A model generated the notes under the pieces. That model was not told the DNA's origin, did not search any database, and saw nothing but the letters and a program-made list of their open reading frames with translations. Made by a program: the position numbers and the translations under genes. Source: a virus (lineage: Duplodnaviria; Caudoviricetes). Taken from it: 52,452 nucleotides of DNA. The stretch covers positions 1 to 52,452 of IMG/VR virus record IMGVR_UViG_3300042923_000082; one strand, written 5' to 3'. This document shows, piece after piece, positions 1 through 9,598 of this stretch (its first letter is position 1; each line of letters opens with the position of its first letter).

Positions 1-12
1 CCCTAAAAAATC
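1..12. repeat. Terminal 12-nt direct repeat (CCCTAAAAAATC), identical to 52441..52452; genome circularisation overlap or cohesive end
   Basis: Exact match of the first and last 12 nt. Confidence 0.85.
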
Positions 13-24
13 CCCGGGGGTACA

Positions 25-137
25 TTTTCAGAGATGTCTTTTAAACGCGCCTAGACAATAACCATAATAATCGCTACTCCCTTTCGATTCTCACATATTG
101 TACACCCCTAGGCGTGTTTAAAAGATATCTCTGAAAA
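25..137 (+). repeat. 30-bp inverted repeat (25..54 / 108..137) forming a long hairpin
   Basis: TTTTCAGAGATGTCTTTTAAACGCGCCTAG vs CTAGGCGTGTTTAAAAGATATCTCTGAAAA; the only two mismatches are G-U pairs on the + strand. Confidence 0.9.
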
Positions 138-162
138 GTAAATAATTAAAGTAGGTGAAAAT

Positions 163-579
163 ATGCAAATATATAATACAGAATTATGTCACTTTGGAAT
201 CAAAGGTATGAAGTGGGGTAAAGGACAATCTACTTTTGAAAACAATAAAAAAATGTTAAAGAAAGATGCAATAAACACAGTTAAGTTCCAAAACGAAGAT
301 ACTAAAAGAGAATCAAACAAGCATTATTCTAAATATGAAAGATCAATCCAAAAAGAAGCTTATAAGAATGTGATGTCTGGTAAAGTAGTAAGAAAACAAA
401 CTGGTAAAACTTGGAATTTTAATAGTGATGATTTAAAGACCATAGATGATGCCCGTATAGAATATGGCAAAAGAGAAACTAAAAAGAACATGTTAAAGAT
501 AGGTCTATTAACTATTGGCTCAGCAGCTAGTTTGGTTGGAGCTAATTATCTAGCTGAAATGAATATGATTAAAAGATAA
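163..579 (+). CDS. Hypothetical protein with N-terminal ELxHFGxKGMxWG leader and C-terminal hydrophobic segment (putative internal virion protein)
   Basis: MQIYNTELCHFGIKGMKWG; SD AGGTG; C-terminal IGLLTIGSAASLVGA. Confidence 0.75.
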   Translation: MQIYNTELCHFGIKGMKWGKGQSTFENNKKMLKKDAINTVKFQNEDTKRESNKHYSKYERSIQKEAYKNVMSGKVVRKQTGKTWNFNSDDLKTIDDARIEYGKRETKKNMLKIGLLTIGSAASLVGANYLAEMNMIKR

Positions 580-611
580 CTATATAAAAACTAATAGAAA
601 GGAGCATTGAA

Positions 612-935
612 GTGGCCAAGAATACATCTAAAGGTATAGGAAAGTCTAGACCTGGTTTAACACCTGAATCTAGAGAAAATCAATTAATATCATTGGCCAT
701 CGATTTGGCCGAGAAACAATTAAAGGAAGGTTCTGCATCGTCACAAGTAATATCACACTTCCTAAAATTAGGATCTACAACTAGCATGTTAGAGAAGCAA
801 ACGTTGGCGAAAAACTTAGACTTAATAACAGCTAAAACAGAAGCTATTAAATCTGGAAAAGTAATAGAAGAATTATATACAAACGCCTTAGCGGCGATGA
901 GGAGTTACAGTGGGAACAATAATTCGGACATATAA
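612..935 (+). CDS. Probable terminase small subunit
   Basis: GTG start with SD AGGAG; small helical protein next to the genome end, HNH and terL; mostly positional. Confidence 0.5.
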   Translation: MAKNTSKGIGKSRPGLTPESRENQLISLAIDLAEKQLKEGSASSQVISHFLKLGSTTSMLEKQTLAKNLDLITAKTEAIKSGKVIEELYTNALAAMRSYSGNNNSDI

Positions 936-1323
936 TGAGTTAATGAATTTTAAAACTTTTGATGAAAGATTTGAGTATCTAAAACTTAATGGTAGAGTTT
1001 CAGACTTAACATTTGGATTCGATAGATACTTAAACCAGGTATTCTATAAATCTCAAATATGGTTAGACACTAGGAGAGATATTATAATTCGTGATCTAGG
1101 ATGTGATCTCGGATTAGACGGTTATGAAATTTATAAGAACATAATAATTCATCACATGAATCCTATTTCAAAAGAAGACATATTAGATAATACGGATTAT
1201 TTAATAAATCCAGATTATTTAATAGCCACATGTTTACGAACGCACAATGCGATTCACTATGGTGATAAATCTCCAAATATAATAACTGATAGAAGTAGAG
1301 GAGATACTTGTCCTTGGAAATAG
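910..1323 (+). CDS. HNH endonuclease (packaging-associated)
   Basis: RD-x-GC, IHHMNP...TCLRTHNAIH motif; position near the terminase. Confidence 0.8.
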   Translation: MGTIIRTYNELMNFKTFDERFEYLKLNGRVSDLTFGFDRYLNQVFYKSQIWLDTRRDIIIRDLGCDLGLDGYEIYKNIIIHHMNPISKEDILDNTDYLINPDYLIATCLRTHNAIHYGDKSPNIITDRSRGDTCPWK

Positions 1324-1341
1324 ATAGGAGGTGATTACATT

Positions 1342-1692
1342 ATGGATAGTATACTAAACAACACGAAAAAGTTATTAGGAATAGATGTCACCGATGACAG
1401 TTTCGATACTGACATCACAACAATTATCAATTCAACAATATTCTCTCTATCACAGATGGGTATAGGTCCTGTTACAGGTTTCGTAGTAACTTCAATTGAC
1501 GATACATGGACTGACTGGATTAACACTACAACTATAAATTTAGAAGGGATAAAAACTTATCTATACTTAAAAACAAAACTAATATTCGATCCTCCACCAA
1601 ATTCTACAGTTATAGAAGCTTTCAATAATAATTTAAGCGAACTAGAATGGAGAATGATGTTAGCTGTAGAAACAAATAATTTGGAGGTGTAA
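1342..1692 (+). CDS. Head-tail connector/adaptor protein
   Basis: SILxxxKKLLGI...FDxDI...YLYLKTKLIFDPP pattern typical of siphovirus head completion proteins; SD AGGAGG. Confidence 0.65.
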   Translation: MDSILNNTKKLLGIDVTDDSFDTDITTIINSTIFSLSQMGIGPVTGFVVTSIDDTWTDWINTTTINLEGIKTYLYLKTKLIFDPPPNSTVIEAFNNNLSELEWRMMLAVETNNLEV

Positions 1693-1694
1693 AA

Positions 1695-2582
1695 ATGCAA
1701 GTATATAACACTGAACTTTATCACTTCGGTGTTAAAGGGATGAAATGGGGGCATCATACAAAAGTAGATATAACAAGTGCTAAATCGAGTGTTAATAAAG
1801 CTATATATTCAATAGGTGCAAAAGTTAATCCAAGAGAATTAAAATATAAAGTTCGCAAAGTAACTAATAAAGTAAATGATGATATTAAATTATTATCAGA
1901 TTTAACTTTACAATCGTTAAAACAGTCAGGAACTCTTCCATCAAATAAAAATGCACTTAAGGCAATAGAAAGTGTTGGGATAACAGCACATAAAAATGCT
2001 GTGTATAGTAATTTAAATAAAAACGATTTACAGAATTTAAAGACTTATACTGATTCTGCTAGATTTTCCAGAAGTGTTAATGGATATTTAGCCATTGGAG
2101 AACCAAAAGAATATGCTCGTGAAGCTGAAAAATTAAAACGTACACTTCAGAAAAACGCGGTTGATAATCAAACAGTATATAGGAGCTGTAATCTAAAGTT
2201 CTCGGTAAATGGTGTAGCCAAGAAACTGAATTCAATAGATGAAAAAGAAATGGAAAGTTTATTTGCTGGAATGTCAAATAATTATTCTGGAAAATCAAAT
2301 AAAGAAAACAGAGTATTCTCAACAAGTACTTCACCGCTATTTGCAATTGATACTTGGAGAGCTGTAAATCCAACAGCAGCTTCGACTTATAATACTTACA
2401 TGGTTATTAATTGTAAGAAATGTCCTGGTGTTTTAGCTGACGGAAAAACAAGTGACGGAAAAGCTCTTGTTAATACACGTAGTAATCAAGAAGCTATTCT
2501 AGCACCGAATAAATTAACTTATAAAAAATTAGAATTCGATAAAGAACGTGGTATGTTTGCAATAACTGTCGATGCCACTTAA
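1695..2582 (+). CDS. ADP-ribosyltransferase (R-S-E / VIP2-like) with N-terminal ELxHFGxKGMxWG leader
   Basis: LKTYT...VNGYL helix, VYRS (R), FSTSTS (S-T-S), NQEAIL (catalytic E) in the correct order. Confidence 0.75.
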   Translation: MQVYNTELYHFGVKGMKWGHHTKVDITSAKSSVNKAIYSIGAKVNPRELKYKVRKVTNKVNDDIKLLSDLTLQSLKQSGTLPSNKNALKAIESVGITAHKNAVYSNLNKNDLQNLKTYTDSARFSRSVNGYLAIGEPKEYAREAEKLKRTLQKNAVDNQTVYRSCNLKFSVNGVAKKLNSIDEKEMESLFAGMSNNYSGKSNKENRVFSTSTSPLFAIDTWRAVNPTAASTYNTYMVINCKKCPGVLADGKTSDGKALVNTRSNQEAILAPNKLTYKKLEFDKERGMFAITVDAT

Positions 2583-2599
2583 ATAATGGAGGTGATTAA

Positions 2600-3136
2600 A
2601 TGTGGGAATCTAAAGTAGATAAAGACTATAGAAATTTTGCAGAACGAATGGGTAGTTTCGAAGACGACTTAGATTTGTCTAGTGATGATTTAAAACATAG
2701 TAAGGTTATAGTAACTAGAAATAGATCAGCTATAATTAATGAAGACGAAATAACCCATTTCGGAATTAAAGGAATGCGTTGGGGTCGTCGTAGTAATTTT
2801 GTAGGACCACCAAAACCAAAACACAGAATAAATACTAATGACTTTAATGCTATTGGAGCTTCAGCTAGAGCTGGTCAAAGTGTATCAACTCTAGGACAGA
2901 CAATAAATCGCGGAGGTTTCAATGGTAAAGTTCTTAAGACCGCTAAAAGTTTAAGTGATGATGATTTGAAAAAATTAACGAATAGACTCAATCTGGAAAA
3001 TAATTACATGAATGCTACAACACAACAAGCCGGTAGAAGTAAGGTTGAGTCTATACTATCCACAGCAGGAGCAACCTTTGGTGTAGTAGCAAGTGCCGCT
3101 TTAATGGTTGATGCTATTTCTAAAGCTAGAGGATAG
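2600..3136 (+). CDS. Hypothetical protein with HFGIKGMRWG motif and C-terminal hydrophobic segment
   Basis: DDLKH and EITHFGIKGMRWG; LSDDDLKKLTNRLNLE; C-terminal AGATFGVVASAALMV. Confidence 0.7.
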   Translation: MWESKVDKDYRNFAERMGSFEDDLDLSSDDLKHSKVIVTRNRSAIINEDEITHFGIKGMRWGRRSNFVGPPKPKHRINTNDFNAIGASARAGQSVSTLGQTINRGGFNGKVLKTAKSLSDDDLKKLTNRLNLENNYMNATTQQAGRSKVESILSTAGATFGVVASAALMVDAISKARG

Positions 3137-3149
3137 GACGTGATTCAAA

Positions 3150-4895
3150 ATGGCACTAAATAATACTGCGGTTCCCATCTACTATGGACAATTTAGAGAT
3201 TCTGTAATACGTGGAGAGATACCAGTATGTAAAGAAATTGCCATGGAGATGAATCGTATAGATGATCTTATAGATAATCCTGGAATTTACTATGATGACG
3301 AAGCAGTTGAAGGATTCATACTATACTGTAATGAGGAGTTAACCCTTACTGATGGTTCGCCTATGCAATTACTAGATACGTTTAAACTATGGGCCGAACA
3401 AATATTCGGTTGGTATTATTACGTTGAGAAAAGTATTTATGTGCCTAGCTCGGATGGTCATGCTCCTGGAAGATATGAGAAGAGACGAGTTAAGAAGCGT
3501 CTTATAAATAAACAATATCTGATAGTAGCTAGAGGTGCAGCAAAATCCATGTATGCCGAGTGTATACAAAACTACTTTCTCAATGTTGACACTTCAACAA
3601 CTCATCAGATAACCACAGCCCCAACTATGAAACAAGCGGAAGAAGTAATGGCTCCGTTTCGAACCTCGATTATACAAAGTCGTGGACCATTATACAAGTT
3701 CTTAACTGAAGGTTCCATACAAAATACTACAGGTAGTAAAGCAAATAGACAAAAGTTAGTGGCTACTAAGAAGGGTATAGAAAACTTTCTTACTGGATCA
3801 CTGCTAGAAGTAAGACCAATGACTATTAATAAATTGCAGGGGCTGAGACCCAAAGTAACCACGATTGATGAATGGTTATCTGGAGACATTAGAGAAGACG
3901 TCGTTGGTTCAATAGAACAAGGAGCTTCAAAAGTTGATGACTGGTTAATAGTCGCTATAAGTTCAGAAGGTACAGTTCGTAATGGAGCTGGAGATACAAT
4001 CAAAATGGAGTTAGCCGACATACTAAAAGGCGATTATATAAATCCCCATGTTAGTATTTGGCATTATAAAATGGACAGTCTTGAAGAAATTAACAATCCT
4101 GATCTATGGTCTAAGGCTAATCCTAATTTAGATAAGACCGTATCATACGAGACATATCAATTAGATGTTGAACGAGCTGAAAATGCTCCAGCTTCTAGAA
4201 ATGATATATTAGCGAAACGTTTCGGAATACCTATGGAAGGATTAACATACTTCTTTACTTACGAAGAAACACTCCCACACAAACATAGAGAATACTGGCA
4301 ACTACCATGCGCTCTTGGTGCCGATTTATCTCAAGGAAATGACTTCTGTGCATTCACGTTTATGTTCCCACTTAACGATGGTAGTTTTGGCATTAAGACA
4401 AGAGCTTACATAACAAATTTAACGTTATCTAAGTTACCATCAGCAATGAGATTTAAATACGACCAATTCGTAGAGGAAGGTTCATTAATTGTTTTAGAAG
4501 GAACTATGTTGGAGATGGAAGAAGTATATGACGATCTAGATAATCATATAATTGCTTGCGATTACGATGTGAGATGTTTTGGGTATGACCCATATAATGC
4601 TAAATATTTTGTCGAAAGATGGGAAATTGAAAATGGATCATTCGGAATAGTTAAAGTTATACAAGGAGCTAAGACTGAATCAGTTCCACTTGGAGAATTA
4701 AAGAATCTAAGTGAGGAACGAATGCTATTATTTGATGAAGATTTAATGTCATTCACCATGGGTAACTGTATAACACTAGAAGATACGAATGGTAATAGAA
4801 AATTATTAAAGAAACGGAACGAGCAAAAGATAGACTGCGTGTCAGCTATGATGGATGCTCTCGTAGCTTATAAACTAAATAAAGATGCTTTTTAG
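3150..4895 (+). CDS. terL: Terminase large subunit
   Basis: Walker A-like ARGAAKS, Walker B TIDE, nuclease GADLS and KIDCVSAMMDA. Confidence 0.93.
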   Translation: MALNNTAVPIYYGQFRDSVIRGEIPVCKEIAMEMNRIDDLIDNPGIYYDDEAVEGFILYCNEELTLTDGSPMQLLDTFKLWAEQIFGWYYYVEKSIYVPSSDGHAPGRYEKRRVKKRLINKQYLIVARGAAKSMYAECIQNYFLNVDTSTTHQITTAPTMKQAEEVMAPFRTSIIQSRGPLYKFLTEGSIQNTTGSKANRQKLVATKKGIENFLTGSLLEVRPMTINKLQGLRPKVTTIDEWLSGDIREDVVGSIEQGASKVDDWLIVAISSEGTVRNGAGDTIKMELADILKGDYINPHVSIWHYKMDSLEEINNPDLWSKANPNLDKTVSYETYQLDVERAENAPASRNDILAKRFGIPMEGLTYFFTYEETLPHKHREYWQLPCALGADLSQGNDFCAFTFMFPLNDGSFGIKTRAYITNLTLSKLPSAMRFKYDQFVEEGSLIVLEGTMLEMEEVYDDLDNHIIACDYDVRCFGYDPYNAKYFVERWEIENGSFGIVKVIQGAKTESVPLGELKNLSEERMLLFDEDLMSFTMGNCITLEDTNGNRKLLKKRNEQKIDCVSAMMDALVAYKLNKDAF

Positions 4896-4911
4896 AAAGG
4901 AGGTATTCACA

Positions 4912-5376
4912 ATGCAAATATATAACGACGAACAACTCTATCACTTTGGCATCAAAGGTATGCACTGGGGTAAACGAAAATACGACGGTCATACATTAAC
5001 TGATAAAGAAAAAAAAGGAGTATCAAAAGAATACACATCGAATATGAAGAAAGCCACTAACAATATAAAAAAACAAGAATTGGATATCCATGTTAAATCA
5101 TATAATAAAGCCGCTAATAATATGAATAATGGCGGTATTGATAAATTTAATAAACAACAAGAAAAAAAATACGGATCAAATTATATGAATAGAAAAGATT
5201 ATGAGAATGATTATATGAAGTTATTCGATAGCACATACTCTAAATACAGAACTGAAACTGTAAGTAATTTACTTAAAAATGATAAAAATTTTAAAGAAGG
5301 TCAAAAATTAGTTGATAAATATAAGATGCTTGAATGGGATAAATTAGCTAAAGATAATCAACAATTTATTAAATAA
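4912..5376 (+). CDS. Hypothetical protein with QLYHFGIKGMHWG leader, between terL and portal
   Basis: SD AGGAGG before ATG 4912 (better start than 4885); MQIYNDEQLYHFGIKGMHWG. Confidence 0.75.
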   Translation: MQIYNDEQLYHFGIKGMHWGKRKYDGHTLTDKEKKGVSKEYTSNMKKATNNIKKQELDIHVKSYNKAANNMNNGGIDKFNKQQEKKYGSNYMNRKDYENDYMKLFDSTYSKYRTETVSNLLKNDKNFKEGQKLVDKYKMLEWDKLAKDNQQFIK

Positions 5377-5383
5377 TAGAAAG

Positions 5384-6736
5384 GTGAGTAATATGGGAAT
5401 TAAAGATAGACTCCAGCATGCCTGGAATGCGTTTACAAACCGAGATCCAACAGATAATTATAGATACTCAGGTGAATACAGTAGTTCATATAGACCAGAT
5501 AGACCTAGATTGTCTAGAGGTAATGAACGTTCTATTGCTACATCGGTATTCAATAGAATTGCTATGGATGCTGCTGCTATAAACATGAGTCATGCTAAGA
5601 TAGATCAAAATGGAAGGTTTATGTCTTATGTGAATTCAGGTTTAAATAATTGTTTAACTTTGGAAGCTAATAAAGATCAAACAGGTAGAGCTTTTATACA
5701 AGATGTAGTATTATCTATGTTAGATGAAGGTTGTGTAGCTATAGTTCCAGTAGATACAAATATCAATCCTGCTAATTCAGCAAGTGTTGACATAGAGACT
5801 ATGAGAGTTGGTAAAATAAAAGAATGGTATCCTAATCATGTTCTTGTAGAATTATATAACGACCATACTGGTATAAAACAAGATATTAAGTTGGCTAAGA
5901 GTACTATAGGAATTGTCGAAAACCCTTTGTATGCGGTTATAAATGAACCAAATAGTACTCTTCAACGATTAATTCATAAACTGGTATTATTGGATAGTGT
6001 TGATAATCAGAGTTCATCTGGCAAATTAGACATGGTAATTCAGTTACCTTATGTTATTAAAACGGATGCTAGGAGAAGAGAAGCTGACAAACGAAAGAAG
6101 GATCTAGAAGATCAATTAGCTGGATCTAAGTATGGTATAGGTTATATAGACGGTACTGAAAAGATAACTCAATTGAATAGACCAGTAGAAAATAATCTAA
6201 TGTCACAAATAGAATATTTAACGAGTATGCTTTACGGCCAGTTAGGTATAACTACAAGTGTTTTAGATGGTACTGCCGATCCAAAGGTGATGCTTAACTA
6301 TTTCAATAGAACCGTAGAACCTATACTATCAGCTATATCTGACGAAATGAAGAGAAAGTTTCTAAGTAAAACTGCTAGAACACAAGGTCAATCTGTTATA
6401 TTCATTAGAGATCCATTTAAATTATTACCATTAGATAACTTAGCAGAAATAGCTGATAAATTCACTAGAAACGAAATAGCATCAGCTAACGAGATACGTC
6501 AAGTAATAGGTATGCAACCATCTAGCGATCCTAAAGCTGATAAGTTACAAAATTCAAACATGCCTCAACCACCAGAATCTCAAATGACGCCTACTGATGA
6601 TCAAACCAAAACATCTGGCGGAATAGATATGGAAGCTGAGAGAACAAAGATACTAAATGATGTATTGGATTCTTTAGAAGGTGAAATCGATAACATAATT
6701 CAAAATGTGTCAGGTGGTGATTCTAATGAATCATGA
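5384..6736 (+). CDS. Portal protein
   Basis: 450 aa after terL; HK97-like portal features (NRIAMD, LTLEAN, NEIRQVIG). Confidence 0.88.
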   Translation: MSNMGIKDRLQHAWNAFTNRDPTDNYRYSGEYSSSYRPDRPRLSRGNERSIATSVFNRIAMDAAAINMSHAKIDQNGRFMSYVNSGLNNCLTLEANKDQTGRAFIQDVVLSMLDEGCVAIVPVDTNINPANSASVDIETMRVGKIKEWYPNHVLVELYNDHTGIKQDIKLAKSTIGIVENPLYAVINEPNSTLQRLIHKLVLLDSVDNQSSSGKLDMVIQLPYVIKTDARRREADKRKKDLEDQLAGSKYGIGYIDGTEKITQLNRPVENNLMSQIEYLTSMLYGQLGITTSVLDGTADPKVMLNYFNRTVEPILSAISDEMKRKFLSKTARTQGQSVIFIRDPFKLLPLDNLAEIADKFTRNEIASANEIRQVIGMQPSSDPKADKLQNSNMPQPPESQMTPTDDQTKTSGGIDMEAERTKILNDVLDSLEGEIDNIIQNVSGGDSNES

Positions 6737-7565
6737 TGAGATCCGAAATTTAGTTAATGGTCTATTTAATACTGAATTGAAACATTATGCATCGGATTAT
6801 TATGATCCAGAAAAAGCACATGAATATTATCTACAGAATCGTAAACTAAAGGGTAGAACCACTAGTGGATTATCAGATGAAGGTAAAGAAGTATGGACTG
6901 ACACCAAGGCTAATATAACTGCTAAAAAGAAAAGTGAAATAAATGAGTATAAAAAACAAGAAGAAATAGACATACAGAATGCAAGATCTAAAGCCGAAGC
7001 TACTAGAATATCAATAACTAACAAATTAAAAAGTTTAAATGATATGTTAAATTCCAAATATAAAACTAATACTGAAGGACTAACAAAATCGCAAAAGGAA
7101 CAGTTAGAAGTAATAGCTAGACAAAGAGCTCAAGAACAAAAGCAAATACAAGCCTCAAAACAAAGAAAAATAGAAAAAATAAATAAGGATGATGATTTAT
7201 CTGATGAAGAAAAAGCTTCTAAAAAAGAAGGAATAAACGAAAATTATAGTGAAGATTTACAAGAAGTTAAAGAAGAGTATAGTAAAAAAGCAGAAGAAAC
7301 TAGAACTGAAGTATCAAAAGAACGTCAAAAATTATCATCAGATAAGAAAATAGAGTCTACTAAAAATTCAGAAGAGTCTAAAACAGAAAGAACAAAGGTA
7401 GCTTCAGAATTAAAGAGTGCTATACAAACTGCTCGTGATACGTATTCTAAAAATAAAGAATCATTAAATTCGTCTTATGAAGATATTTATCAGGATGAAT
7501 ATGATGAAATAAAATCACAATATCAATCTACTAAAAAAAGTAGAAAAAGTAGAAAAAATAAATAG
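6726..7565 (+). CDS. Highly charged coiled-coil protein with NTELKHY motif (putative internal head protein)
   Basis: SD GGTGG before ATG 6726; NTELKHYASDYYDPEKAHEYY; K/E-rich. Confidence 0.65.
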   Translation: MNHDEIRNLVNGLFNTELKHYASDYYDPEKAHEYYLQNRKLKGRTTSGLSDEGKEVWTDTKANITAKKKSEINEYKKQEEIDIQNARSKAEATRISITNKLKSLNDMLNSKYKTNTEGLTKSQKEQLEVIARQRAQEQKQIQASKQRKIEKINKDDDLSDEEKASKKEGINENYSEDLQEVKEEYSKKAEETRTEVSKERQKLSSDKKIESTKNSEESKTERTKVASELKSAIQTARDTYSKNKESLNSSYEDIYQDEYDEIKSQYQSTKKSRKSRKNK

Positions 7566-7576
7566 GAGGATGAGAA

Positions 7577-9280
7577 ATGAAATACGATTTCAGTGGATGG
7601 GCCACCAAGAATAATTTAAAATGTTCTGATGGATTAACAATAATGCAAAATGCTTTTCAAGATAATGATGGTAGAACAGTTCCTTTAATTTGGAATCACA
7701 GGCATAATGAGGCCAGCAATGTTTTAGGACATGCTATGTTAGAAAATCGTGAAGACGGGGTATATGCCTACTGTACATTTAATAATACTCCATCTGCAAA
7801 TGATGCAAAAGACATGGTTAAGCATGGAGATATAAAATCGTTATCAATATATGCTAATCAATTAAAAAAACAAGGTTCTTATGTAATGCATGGTCAAATA
7901 AGAGAGGTATCACTCGTATTAGCTGGAGCTAATCCTGGTGCCTATATAGATGATGTTATGGTTCACGGCTTACTTCAAAATGATGCTGGTATATTATATA
8001 CTGGAGAAGAAATTGAATTAAGTCACAGCGATAATGAAAAAGAAGGGGATGCTAAAAAAGTGGAAAATCAATCAAGTGAAAAAACAATTCAAGAAGTGTT
8101 TGACACTTTCAATGAAGAACAAAAAAATGTAGTATATGCTATAGTAGGAGCTGCTGTGGAAGAAGAAAAAACTAAAAATACAGAAATACAACAATCAAAT
8201 ATTGATGATAAAGGTGGAGAAGAAATGAAACATAACGTATTTAACAAAGAAGATAACACACAAGGTGATGTATTATCACATGCTGAAATAGCAACAGTAC
8301 TTTCAGATGCTAAAAGATATGGTAGTTTAAAAGATGCAGTATTAGCTCATGGAATAACTAATATAGATTATTTATTCCCAGATTTCAAAAATGTTACTGA
8401 TGTTCCTGGATTTATTCAAAGACAAAATACTTGGGTTGATGGTGTATTAGCCTCAGTTCATCATACTCCATTCGCTAGAATCAAATCAACTTATGCTGAT
8501 ATAACTGCTGATGATGCTAGAGCTAAAGGTTATATTAAAGGTAATTTAAAGAAAGAAGAAGTATTCTCATTATTAAAGAGAACTACATCACCAACTACAA
8601 TCTACAAGAAACAAAAGCTTGATAGAGATGATGTTGTAGATATAACTGATTTCGATGTTGTAGCATGGTTAAAGACAGAAATGAGAATGATGCTTAATGA
8701 AGAAATTGCAAGATCTGTATTGATAGGAGATGGTAGATTATCATCTAGTGATGATAAAATCAATGAGCAAAATATTAGACCTGTTTGGACTGATGCTGAT
8801 CTATACACTATAAAAACTGCTTATGACGATAAGTTACTAACAACTGATGATGCTAAAGCTAAAACATTTATTAGAACTGCAGTTAAAGCCAGAAAAGATT
8901 ATAAAGGTTCTGGTCAACCAACTCTATACACAACTGAAGACATGCTAACTAATATTTTATTAATGGAAGATACTACTGGTAGAACAATATATGAGAGTGT
9001 TGATAAAGTTAAATCTGCATTAAGAGTTAGTGATATCGTTACAATTCCGTCTATGGAATCTTTAACTAGAGTAGATGGAGCAATCACTAAAACACTAGAA
9101 GGAATAATTGTAAATCTTGTAGATTATAACATTGGTGCTGACAAGGGCGGAGCTGTTAACCTGTTCGACGACTTCGATATCGATTACAATGCTCAAAAAT
9201 ACTTAATTGAAACTAGATGTTCAGGGGCTTTAATTAAACCATATGCAGCTATAGCTGTTGAATCTTTTACATCGGTTTAA
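7577..9280 (+). CDS. Prohead protease-scaffold-major capsid fusion protein
   Basis: HK97-type protease motifs PLIWNH-x-H, SLSI, EVSLVLAGANPGA; acidic linker; capsid-like C-terminus (EEIARSVLIGDG, KYLIETRCSGAL). Confidence 0.9.
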   Translation: MKYDFSGWATKNNLKCSDGLTIMQNAFQDNDGRTVPLIWNHRHNEASNVLGHAMLENREDGVYAYCTFNNTPSANDAKDMVKHGDIKSLSIYANQLKKQGSYVMHGQIREVSLVLAGANPGAYIDDVMVHGLLQNDAGILYTGEEIELSHSDNEKEGDAKKVENQSSEKTIQEVFDTFNEEQKNVVYAIVGAAVEEEKTKNTEIQQSNIDDKGGEEMKHNVFNKEDNTQGDVLSHAEIATVLSDAKRYGSLKDAVLAHGITNIDYLFPDFKNVTDVPGFIQRQNTWVDGVLASVHHTPFARIKSTYADITADDARAKGYIKGNLKKEEVFSLLKRTTSPTTIYKKQKLDRDDVVDITDFDVVAWLKTEMRMMLNEEIARSVLIGDGRLSSSDDKINEQNIRPVWTDADLYTIKTAYDDKLLTTDDAKAKTFIRTAVKARKDYKGSGQPTLYTTEDMLTNILLMEDTTGRTIYESVDKVKSALRVSDIVTIPSMESLTRVDGAITKTLEGIIVNLVDYNIGADKGGAVNLFDDFDIDYNAQKYLIETRCSGALIKPYAAIAVESFTSV

Positions 9281-9283
9281 TAG

Positions 9284-9598
9284 ATGCCTAAGTGCTCTGG
9301 TATTATAGGTTATGCTCTGGCTGTGGAAACTCAGCCTGGAGTGTGGACCGAAAGTATAACTGAGAAGACGTATTATGGGGACGTTGTAAAAGACAATAGA
9401 AGAATAGTCGATCAAAGTCAAATAAATGATAATTTAAACATAAGTAACAATATAAGTGTAGTATGTAATTCGTTTATGTTTAAAAATATGGCATTCATGA
9501 AGTTTATAACATTCATAGGTTCAAAATGGGAGATATCTTCAGTTGATATCAAACCTCCTAGGATAATTATAACGATTGGAGGTATATATAATGAGTGA
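9284..9598 (+). CDS. Head closure / head-tail adaptor
   Basis: Position after the capsid gene; ETQPGVW...YYGDV...KWEISSVD. Confidence 0.65.
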   Translation: MPKCSGIIGYALAVETQPGVWTESITEKTYYGDVVKDNRRIVDQSQINDNLNISNNISVVCNSFMFKNMAFMKFITFIGSKWEISSVDIKPPRIIITIGGIYNE

